64,000 nucleotides of DNA from Bugula neritina (lineage: Eukaryota > Animalia > Bryozoa): contig OZ037768.1 of the NCBI GenBank assembly GCA_964035545.1, positions 14,765,675-14,829,674 on the forward strand. The letters run 5' to 3'. The translations under genes were made by a program, and so were the position numbers. The notes below the pieces were generated by a model. It worked only from the letters and a program-made list of their open reading frames with translations, ran no database searches and was not told the origin of the DNA. Each line of letters begins with the position of its first letter. Within the stretch, counting starts at the first letter, position 1. Positions 48,677 to 62,601 of this stretch are shown here, piece by piece.

Positions 48677-51600
48677 CACTGAAGTATACTGTAACATACA
48701 GAAATGTACTGTAAAATACTGAAATATACTTCAACATACTGAAAACTACCTAAAAACATTGAAACATACTGATATACACCGAAACATACTGAAATACACT
48801 GCAACACATTGGAATATACTGCAACATACTGAAATATATGGTAACCTACTGAAGTATGTTGCAAACAACTGAAATATACTGCAACATACTGAAATACGTC
48901 GTAACATACTGAAATACACTGCAACATACTGAAATACACTGTAACAAATTGAAATACACTGCAACACACTGAAATATACTGAAACATACCGAAATATAAG
49001 GTAACCTACTGAAACATGTTGCGAACCACTGAAACATACTGCATAATCCTGCAACAAAATGGAATAAACGGTAACACTGAAGCATACTGCAATATACTGA
49101 AATATACTGTAACATACTAAGACATACTGCAACATACCGAAATATATGGTAACCTACTGAAATATGTTGCAAACGACTGAAATATACTGCAACATACTGC
49201 AACATATTGAAGTATACTGCAACATACTGAAATATACTGCAAGATACTGCAACATACTGAAATACACTGTAACATACTGAAATACACTGCAACATACTGA
49301 AATATACTGCAAGATACTGCAACATACTGAAACACATTGTAAGATACTGAAATGCACTGCAACATACTGCAACATACTGCAACGTATTGAAATACACTGC
49401 AACATATCGAAAAACACTGCAACACATTGAAATATACTGCAACATACTAAAACATACGGCAACATACTGAAATATACTGCCACACATTGAAATATAGTGC
49501 AACATACTGAAATATGCTGTAGCATACTGAAATACACTGCAATACACTCAAGTATACTGTAATATACAGAAACGAACTGTAACATACTGAAACATACGGC
49601 AACATACTAAAATATACTGCGACACATTGAAACATACTGCAACATACTGAAATACACCAAAACATACTAAACTCCACTGCAACATTCTGAAATACACTGT
49701 AACACATTGAAATACACTGCAACACAGTGAATTACACTTAAATACATTGTAAGATACGGAAACACACTGCAACATACTGCAACATAATGAAATATATGGT
49801 AACCTACTGAAATATGTTGAAAACTACTGAAATATACTGCAACATTATGCAACATAATGAAAGATACTGCAATATACTGAAATAAACTGCGAGATACTGC
49901 AACATACTGAAATACACTGTAACATACTGAAATACACTGTAACATATTGAAATACACTGCGACATACTGCAACATACTGAAAAACGCTGTAACATATTGA
50001 AATACACTGCAACACATTGAAATATTCCGCAACATACCGAAATATATGGTAACCTAATGAGATATACTGTAACACGTTGAAGTACACTGCAACATACTGA
50101 AATACACTGCAACCCACTAAATTATACTGTAATTTACAGAAATGTACTGCAACATACTGGAATATACTGCAAGATACTGCAACATACTGAAATACACTGT
50201 AACATACTGCAATACACTGCAACATACTGAAATATACTGCATGATACTGCAACATACTGATACACATTGTAAGATACTGAAATGCACTGCAACATACTGA
50301 AATATACTGCATGATACTGCAACATACTCATACACATTTTAAGATACTGAAATACACTGCAACATACTGAAATATACTGCATGATACTGCAACATACTCA
50401 TACACATTGTAAGATACTGAAATACACTGCAACAAACCGCAACATACTGCAACGTATTGAAATACACTGTAACATATTGAAAAACACTGCAACACATTGA
50501 AATATACTGCAACATACTGAAACATATGGCAACATACTGAAATGTACTGCGACACATTGAAATATAGTGCAACATACTGAAATATGCTGTAGCATACTGA
50601 AATACACTGCAATACACTGAAGTATACTGTAATATACAGAATTGTACTGTAACATACTGAAACATACGGTAACATACTAAAATATACTGCGACACATTGA
50701 AATATACTGCAACATACTGAAATACACCGTAACATACTGAAATACACTGCAACATACTGAAATACACTGTAACATATTGAAATACACTGCAACACACTGA
50801 AATATACTGAAACATACCGAAATATATGGTAACCTACTGAAATATGTTGCAAACCACTGAAACATACTGCATCATCCTGCAACAAAATGAAATATACGGT
50901 AACACTGAAGCATACTGCAATATACTGAAATATACTGTAACATACCGAAAAATATGGTAACCTACTGAAATATGTTACAAACTACTGAAACATACTGCAA
51001 CATACTGCAACATAATGAAATATACTGCAACATAATGAAATACACTGTAACGTACTAAAATACACTGCAACATACTGAAATACACTGTAACATATTAAAA
51101 TACGCTGCAACACACTGAAATATACTGAAACATACCGAAATATATGGTAACCCACTGAAATATGTTGCAAACCACTGAAATATACTGCAACATACTGCAA
51201 CATAATGAAGTATACTGCAACAGACTGAAATATACGGCAAGAAACTGCAACACACTGAAATACACTGTAACATACTGAAGTACACTGCAACATACTGAAA
51301 TATACTGCATGATACTGCAACATACTGATACACATTGTAAGATACTGAAATACACTGCAACATACCGCAACATACTGCAACGTATTGAAATATACTGCAA
51401 CACACCGAAGTATATGGTAGCCTACTGAAATATACTGCGACATACTGAAATACACTGTAACGTACTGAAATACACTGCAACATACTGAAATACACTGTAA
51501 CATATTAAAAGACACTGCAACACACTGAAATATACTGAAACATACTGAAATATATGGTAACCTACTGAAGTATGTTGCAAACAACTGAAATATACTGCAA

Positions 51601-52404
51601 CATACTGAAATACAGCGTAACATACTGAAATACACTGCAACATACTGAAATACACTGTAACATATTGAAATACACTGCAACACACTGAAATATACTGAAA
51701 CATACCGCAATATATGGTAACCTACTGTTATATGTTGCAAACCACTGAAACATACTGCATCATCCTGCAACAAAATGAGATATACGGTAACACTGAAGCA
51801 TACTGCAATATACTGAGATATACTGTAACATACTAAGACATACTGCAACATACCGAAAAATATGGTAACCTACTGAAATATGTTACAAACTACTGAAACA
51901 TACTGCAACATACTGCGACATAATGAAATATACTGCAACATACTGAAGGATACTGCAACATAATGCAACATACTGAAATACACTATAGAATATTGAAATA
52001 TACTGCAACATACTGAAATATACAGCAAGATACTGCGAAATACTGAAATACATAGTAAGATACCTAAATACACTGCAACATATTGCAACATACTGCAACA
52101 TATTGAAATACACTGTAACATATTGAAAAACACTGCAACACATTGAAATATACCGCAACACACCGAAGTATATGGTAGCCTACTGAAATATACTGCGACA
52201 TACTGAAATACACTGTAACGTATTGAAATACACTGCAACATACTGAAATACACTGTAACATATTAAAATACACTGCAACACACTGAAATATACTGAAACA
52301 TACTGAAATACGCCGTAACATACTGAAATACACTGCAACATACTGAAATACACTGTAACAAATTGAAATACACTGCAACACACTGAAATATACTGAAACA
52401 TACC

Positions 52405-55400
52405 GAAATATAAGGTAACCTACTGAAATATGTTGAAAACTACTGAAATATACTGCAACATAATGCAACATAATGAAAGATACTGCAACATACTGAAATA
52501 AACTGCAAGATACTGCAACATACTGAAATACACTGCAACACACTGAAGTATACTGTAATATACAGAAATGTACTGTAAAATACTGAAATATACTTCAACA
52601 TACTGAAAAATACCTAAAAATATTGAAACATACTGATATACACTGAAACATACTGAAATACACTGCAACACATTGGAATATACTGCAACATACCGAAATA
52701 TATGGTAACCTACTGAAGTATGTTGCAAACTACTGAAATATACTGCAACATACTGAAATACGCCGTAACATACTGAAATACACTGCAACATACTGAAATA
52801 CACTGTAACAAATTGAAATACACTGCAACACACTGAAATATACTGATACATACCGAAATATAAGGTAACCTACTGAAATATGTTGCAAACCACTGAAACA
52901 TACTGCATAATCCTGCAACAAAATGAAATAAACGGTAACACTGAAGCAAACTGCAATATACTGAGATATACTGCAACATACTGCAACATAATGAAGTATA
53001 CTGCAACAGACTGAAATATACTGCAACATACTGAAATACACTGTAACATATTGAAATACACTGCAACACACTGAAATATACTGAAACATACCGAAATATA
53101 TGGTAACCTACTGAAATATGTTGCAAACCACTGAAACATACTGCATCATCCTGCAACAAAATGAAGTATACGGTAACACTGAAGCATACTGCAACATACT
53201 GTAACATACTAAGACATACTGCAACATACCAAAAATTATGGTAACCTACTGAAATATGTTACAAACTATTGAAATATACTGCAGCATACTGCAACATAAT
53301 GAAATATACTGCAACATACTGAAAGATACTGCAAAATACCGAAATACACTATAGAATACCGAAATATACTGCAACATACTGAAACATACTGCAAGATACT
53401 GCAAAATACTGAAATACATTGTAAGATACCTAAATACACTGCAACATACTGCAACATACTGCAACATATTGAAATACACTGTAACATATTGAAAAACACT
53501 GCAACACATTGAAATATACCGCAACATACCGAAGTATATGGTAGCCTACTGAAATATACTGCGACATACTGAAATACACTGTAACGTACAAAAATACACT
53601 GCAACATACTGAAATACACTGTAACAAATTGAAATACACTGCAACACACTGAAATATACTGAAACATACCGAAATATAAGGTAACCTACTGAAATATGTT
53701 GAAAACTACTGAAATATACTGCAACATAATGCAACATAATGAAAGATACTGCAACATACTGAAATAAACTGCAAGATACTGCAACATAATGAAATACACT
53801 GCAACACACTGAAGTATACTGTAATATACAGAAATGTACTGTAAAATACTGAAATATACTTCAACATACTGAAAAATACCTAAAAATATTGAAACATACT
53901 GATATACACTGAAACATACTGAAATACACTGCAACACATTGGAATATACTGCAACATACCGAAATATATGGTAACCTACTGAAGTATGTTGCAAACTACT
54001 GAAATATATTGCAACATACTGAAATACGCCGTAACATACTGAAATACACTGCAACATACTGAAATACACTGTAACAAATTGAAATACACTGCAACACACT
54101 GAAATATACTGAAACATACCGAAATATAAGGTAACCTACTGAAATATGTTGCAAACCACTGAAACATACTGCATCATCCTGCAACAAAATGAAATATACG
54201 GTAACACTGAAGCATACTGCAATTTACTGAAATATACTGTAACATACTAAGACATACTGCAACATACCGAAAAATATGGTAACCTACTGAAATATGTTAC
54301 AAACTACTGAAACATACTGCAACATACTGCAACATAATGAAATATACTGCAACATAATGAAATATACTGCAACATACTGAAAGATACTGCAAGTTACTGC
54401 AAAATACTGAAATACATTGTAAGATACCTAAATACACTGCAACATACTGCAACATACTGCAACGTATTGAAATACACTGTAACATATTGAAAAACACTGC
54501 AACACATTGAAATATACTGCAACATACTAAAACATACGGCAACATACTGAAATATACTGCGACACATTGAAATATAGTGCAACATACTGAAATATGCTGT
54601 AGCATACTGAAATACACTGCAATACACTGAAGTATACTGTAATATACAGAAACGTACTGTAACATACTGAAACATACGGCAACATACTAAAATATACTGC
54701 GACACATTGAAACATACTGCAACATACTGAAATACACCAAAACATACTAAACTCCCCTGCAACATTCTGAAATACACTGTAACACATTGAAATACACTGC
54801 AACACAGTGAATTGCACTGAAATACATTGTAAGATACGGAAACACACTGCAACATACTGCAACATAATGAAATATATGGTAACCTACTGAAATATGTTGA
54901 AAACTACTGAAATATACTGCAACATTATGCAACATAATGAAAGATACTGCAATATACTGAAATAAACTGCAAGATACTGCAACATACTGAAATACACTGT
55001 AACATACTGAAATACACTGTAACATATTGAAATACACTGCGACATACTGAAATACACTGCGACATACTGCAACATACTGAAAAACGCTGTAACATATTGA
55101 AATACACTGCAACACATTGAAATATTCCGCAACATACCGAGATATATGGTAAGCTAATGAGATATACTGTAACACGTTGAAGTACACTGCAACATACTGA
55201 AATACACTGCAACACACTAAATTATACTGTAATTTACAGAAATGTACTGCAACATACTGAAATATACTGCAAGATACTGCAACATACTGAAACACACTGT
55301 AACATACTGAAATACACTGCAACATACTGAAATATACTGCATGATACTGCAACATACTGATACACATTGTAAGATACTGAAATGCACTGCAACATACTGA

Positions 55401-58400
55401 AACATACTGCATGATACTGCAACATACTCATACACATTGTAAGATACTGAAATACACTGCAACATACCGCAACATACTGCAACGTATTGAATTACACTGT
55501 AACATATTGAAAAACACTGCAACACATTGAAACATACTGCAACATACTGAAACATACGGCAACATACTGAAATATACTGCGACACATTGAAATATAGTGC
55601 AACATACTGAAATATGCTGTAGCATACTGAAATACACTGCAATACACTGAAGTATACTGTAATATACAAAAACGTACTGTAACATACTGAAACATACGGC
55701 AACATACTACAATATACTGTGACACATTGAAGTATACTGCAACATACTGAAATACACCGTAACATACTGAAATACACTGCAACATACTGAAATACACTGT
55801 AACATATTGAAATACACTGCATCACACTGAAATATACTGAAACATACCGAAATATATGGTAACCTACTGAAATATGTTGCAAACCACTAAAACATACTGC
55901 ATCATCCTGCAACAAAATGAAATTTACGGTAACACTGAAGCATACTGCAATATACTGAAATATACTGTAACATACTAAGACATACTGCAACATACCGAAA
56001 AATATGGTAACCTACTGAAATATGTTACAAACTACTGAAACATACTGCAACATACTGCAACATAACGAAATATACTGCAACAAACTGAAAGATACTGCAA
56101 CATACTGAAATACACTATAGAATACCCAAATATACTGCAACATACTGAAATATACTGCAAGATACTGCAAAATACTGAAGTACATTGTAAGATACCTAAA
56201 TACACTGCAACATACTGCAACATACTGCAACATATTGAAATACACTGTAACATATTGAAAAACAGTGCAACACATTGAAATATACCGCAACATACCGAAG
56301 TATATGGTAGCCTACTGAAATATACTGCGACATACTGAAATACACTGTAACGTACTGAAATACACTGCAACATACTGAAATACACTGTAACAGATTAAAA
56401 TACACTGCAACACACTGAAATATACTGAAACATACTGAAATATATGGTAACCCACTGAAATCTGTTGCAGACCACTGAAATATACTGCAACATACTGCAA
56501 CATAATGAATAATACTGCAACATACTGAAAAATACTGCAAGATACTGCAACATACTGATACACATTGTAAGATACTGAAATACACTGCAACATACCGCAA
56601 CATACTGCAACGTATTGAAATACACTGTAACATATTGAAAAACACTGCAACACATTGAAATATACTGCAACATACTGAAACATACGGCAACATACTGAAA
56701 TATACTGCGACACATTGAAATATAGTGCAACATACTGAAATATGCTGTAGCATACTGAAATACACTGCAATACACTGAAATATATGTAATATACAGATTC
56801 GTACTGTAACATACTGAAACATACGGCAACATACTAAAATATACTGCGACACATTGAAATATACTGCAACATACTGAAATACACCGTAACATACTAAACT
56901 CCACTGCAACATTCTGAAATACACTGTAACACATTGAAATACACTGCAACACAGGGAATTATACTGAAATACATTGTAAGATACGGAAACACACTGCAAC
57001 ATACTGTAACATAATGAAATATAAGGTAACCTACTGAAATATGTTGAAAACTACTGAAATATACTGCAACATAATGCAACATAATGAAAGATACTGCAAC
57101 ATACTGAAATAAACTGCAAGATACTGCAACATACTGAAATACACTGCAACACACTGAAGTATACTGTAATATACAGAAATGTACTGTAAAATACTGAAAT
57201 ATACTTCAACATACTGAAAAATACCTAAAAATATTGAAACATACTAATATACACTGAAACATACTGAAATACACTGCAACACATTGGAATATACTGCAAC
57301 ATACCGAAATATATGGTAACCTACTGAAGTATGTTGCAAACTACTGAAATATACTGCAACATACTGAAATACGCCGTAACATACTGAAATACACTGCAAC
57401 ATACTGAAATACACTGTAACAAATTGAAATACACTGCAACACACTGAAATATACTGAAACATACCGAAATATAAGGTAACCTACTGAAATATGTTGCAAA
57501 CCACTGAAACATACTGCATAATCCTGCAACAAAATGAAATAAACGGTAACACTGAAGCAAACTGCAATATACTGAGATATACTGCAACATACTGCAACAT
57601 AATGAAGTATACTGCAACAGACTGAAATATACTGCAACATACTGAAATACACTGTAACATATTGAAATACACTGCAACACACTGAAATATACTGAAACAT
57701 ACCGAAATATATGGTAACCTACTGAAATATGTTGCAAACCACTGAAACATACTGCATCATCCTGCAACAAAATGAAGTATACGGTAACACTGAAGCATAC
57801 TGCAACATACTGTAACATACTAAGACATACTGCAACATACCAAAAATTATGGTAACCTACTGAAATATGTTACAAACTATTGAAATATACTGCAGCATAC
57901 TGCAACATAATGAAATATACTGCAACATACTGAAAGATACTGCAAAATACCGAAATACACTATAGAATACCGAAATATACTGCAACATACTGAAACATAC
58001 TGCAAGATACTGCAAAATACTGAAATACATTGTAAGATACCTAAATACACTGCAACATACTGCAACATACTGCAACATATTGAAATACACTGTAACATAT
58101 TGAAAAACACTGCAACACATTGAAATATACCGCAACATACCGAAGTATATGGTAGCCTACTGAAATATACTGCGACATACTGAAATACACTGTAACGTAC
58201 TAAAATACACTGCAACATACTGAAATACACTGTAACAAATTGAAATACACTGCAACACACTGAAATATACTGAAACATACCGAAATATAAGGTAACCTAC
58301 TGAAATATGTTGAAAACTACTGAAATATACTGCAACATAATGCAACATAATGAAAGATACTGCAACATACTGAAATAAACTGCAAGATACTGCAACATAA

Positions 58401-61400
58401 TGAAATACACTGCAACACACTGAAGTATACTGTAATATACAGAAATGTACTGTAAAATACTGAAATATACTTCAACATACTGAAAAATACCTAAAAATAT
58501 TGAAACATACTGATATACACTGAAACATACTGAAATACACTGCAACACATTGGAATATACTGCAACATACCGAAATATATGGTAACCTACTGAAGTATGT
58601 TGCAAACTACTGAAATATATTGCAACATACTGAAATACGCCGTAACATACTGAAATACACTGCAACATACTGAAATACACTGTAACAAATTGAAATACAC
58701 TGCAACACACTGAAATATACTGAAACATACCGAAATATAAGGTAACCTACTGAAATATGTTGCAAACCACTGAAACATACTGCATCATCCTGCAACAAAA
58801 TGAAATATACGGTAACACTGAAGCATACTGCAATTTACTGAAATATACTGTAACATACTAAGACATACTGCAACATACCGAAAAATATGGTAACCTACTG
58901 AAATATGTTACAAACTACTGAAACATACTGCAACATACTGCAACATAATGAAATATACTGCAACATAATGAAATATACTGCAACATACTGAAAGATACTG
59001 CAAGTTACTGCAAAATACTGAAATACATTGTAAGATACCTAAATACACTGCAACATACTGCAACATACTGCAACGTATTGAAATACACTGTAACATATTG
59101 AAAAACACTGCAACACATTGAAATATACTGCAACATACTAAAACATACGGCAACATACTGAAATATACTGCGACACATTGAAATATAGTGCAACATACTG
59201 AAATATGCTGTAGCATACTGAAATACACTGCAATACACTGAAGTATACTGTAATATACAGAAACGTACTGTAACATACTGAAACATACGGCAACATACTA
59301 AAATATACTGCGACACATTGAAACATACTGCAACATACTGAAATACACCAAAACATACTAAACTCCCCTGCAACATTCTGAAATACACTGTAACACATTG
59401 AAATACACTGCAACACAGTGAATTGCACTGAAATACATTGTAAGATACGGAAACACACTGCAACATACTGCAACATAATGAAATATATGGTAACCTACTG
59501 AAATATGTTGAAAACTACTGAAATATACTGCAACATTATGCAACATAATGAAAGATACTGCAATATACTGAAATAAACTGCAAGATACTGCAACATACTG
59601 AAATACACTGTAACATACTGAAATACACTGTAACATATTAAAATACACTGCGACATACTGAAATATACTGCGACATACTGCAACATACTGAAAAACGCTG
59701 TAACATATTGAAATACACTGCAACACATTGAAATATTCCGCAACATACCGAGATATATGGTAAGCTAATGAGATATACTGTAACACGTTGAAGTACACTG
59801 CAACATACTGAAATACACTGCAACACACTAAATTATACTGTAATTTACAGAAATGTACTGCAACATACTGAAATATACTGCAAGATACTGCAACATACTG
59901 AAACACACTGTAACATACTGAAATACACTGCAACATACTGAAATATACTGCATGATACTGCAACATACTGATACACATTGTAAGATACTGAAATGCACTG
60001 CAACATACTGAAACATACTGCATGATACTGCAACATACTCATACACATTGTAAGATACTGAAATACACTGCAACATACCGCAACATACTGCAACGTATTG
60101 AATTACACTGTAACATATTGAAAAACACTGCAACACATTGAAACATACTGCAACATACTGAAACATACGGCAACATACTGAAATATACTGCGACACATTG
60201 AAATATAGTGCAACATACTGAAATATGCTGTAGCATACTGAAATACACTGCAATACACTGAAGTATACTGTAATATACAAAAACGTACTGTAACATACTG
60301 AAACATACGGCAACATACTACAATATACTGTGACACATTGAAGTATACTGCAACATACTGAAATACACCGTAACATACTGAAATACACTGCAACATACTG
60401 AAATACACTGTAACATATTGAAATACACTGCATCACACTGAAATATACTGAAACATACCGAAATATATGGTAACCTACTGAAATATGTTGCAAACCACTA
60501 AAACATACTGCATCATCCTGCAACAAAATGAAATTTACGGTAACACTGAAGCATACTGCAATATACTGAAATATACTGTAACATACTAAGACATACTGCA
60601 ACATACCGAAAAATATGGTAACCTACTGAAATATGTTACAAACTACTGAAACATACTGCAACATACTGCAACATAACGAAATATACTGCAACAAACTGAA
60701 AGATACTGCAACATACTGAAATACACTATAGAATACCCAAATATACTGCAACATACTGAAATATACTGCAAGATACTGCAAAATACTGAAGTACATTGTA
60801 AGATACCTAAATACACTGCAACATACTGCAACATACTGCAACATATTGAAATACACTGTAACATATTGAAAAACAGTGCAACACATTGAAATATACCGCA
60901 ACATACCGAAGTATATGGTAGCCTACTGAAATATACTGCGACATACTGAAATACACTGTAACGTACTGAAATACACTGCAACATACTGAAATACACTGTA
61001 ACAGATTAAAATACACTGCAACACACTGAAATATACTGAAACATACTGAAATATATGGTAACCCACTGAAATCTGTTGCAGACCACTGAAATATACTGCA
61101 ACATACTGCAACATAATGAATAATACTGCAACATACTGAAAAATACTGCAAGATACCGCAACATACTGATACACATTGTAAGATACTGAAATACACTGCA
61201 ACATACCGCAACATACTGCAACGTATTGAAATACACTGTAACATATTGAAAAACACTGCAACACATTGAAATATACTGCAACATACTGAAACATACGGCA
61301 ACATACTGAAATATACTGCGACACATTGAAATATAGTGCAACATACTGAAATATGCTGTAGCATACTGAAATACACTGCAATACACTGAAATATATGTAA

Positions 61401-62601
61401 TATACAGATTCGTACTGTAACATACTGAAACATACGGCAACATACTAAAATATACTGCGACACATTGAAATATACTGCAACATACTGAAATACACCGTAA
61501 CATACTAAACTCCACTGCAACATTCTGAAATACACTGTAACACATTGAAATACACTGCAACACAGGGAATTATACTGAAATACATTGTAAGATACGGAAA
61601 CACACTGCAACATACTGTAACATAATGAAATATAAGGTAACCTACTGAAATATGTTGAAAACTACTGAAATATACTGCAACATAATGCAACATAATGAAA
61701 GATACTGCAACATACTGAAATAAACTGCAAGATACTGCAACATACTGAAATACACTGCAACACACTGAAGTATACTGTAATATACAGAAATGTACTGTAA
61801 AATACTGAAATATACTTCAACATACTGAAAAATACCTAAAAATATTGAAACATACTAATATACACTGAAACATACTGAAATACACTGCAACACATTGGAA
61901 TATACTGCAACATACCGAAATATATGGTAACCTACTGAAGTATGTTGCAAACTACTGAAATATACTGCAACATACTGAAATACGCCGTAACATACTGAAA
62001 TACACTGCAACATACTGAAATACACTGTAACAAATTGAAATACACTGCAACACACTGAAATATACTGAAACATACCGAAATATAAGGTAACCTACTGAAA
62101 TATGTTGCAAACCACTGAAACATACTGCATAATCCTGCAACAAAATGAAATAAACGGTAACACTGAAGCAAACTGCAATATACTGAGATATACTGCAACA
62201 TACTGCAACATAATGAAGTATACTGCAACAGACTGAAATATACTGCAACATACTGAAATACACTGTAACATATTGAAATACACTGCAACACACTGAAATA
62301 TACTGAAACATACCGAAATATATGGTAACCTACTGAAATATGTTGCAAACCACTGAAACATACTGCATCATCCTGCAACAAAATGAAGTATACGGTAACA
62401 CTGAAGCATACTGCAACATACTGTAACATACTAAGACATACTGCAACATACCAAAAATTATGGTAACCTACTGAAATATGTTACAAACTATTGAAATATA
62501 CTGCAGCATACTGCAACATAATGAAATATACTGCAACATACTGAAAGATACTGCAAAATACCGAAATACACTATAGAATACCGAAATATACTGCAACATA
62601 C
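52405..62601. repeat. 4611-bp higher-order repeat, about 2.2 tandem copies (52405-57015, 57016-61626, 61627-62601), with an internal ~0.6-kb duplication at offset 1266
   Basis: ORF series 52710/57321/61932, 54747/59358, 55217/59828 and 56196/60807 are offset by 4611. GTAACAAATT occurs at 52355 and 53621. Confidence 0.93.
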
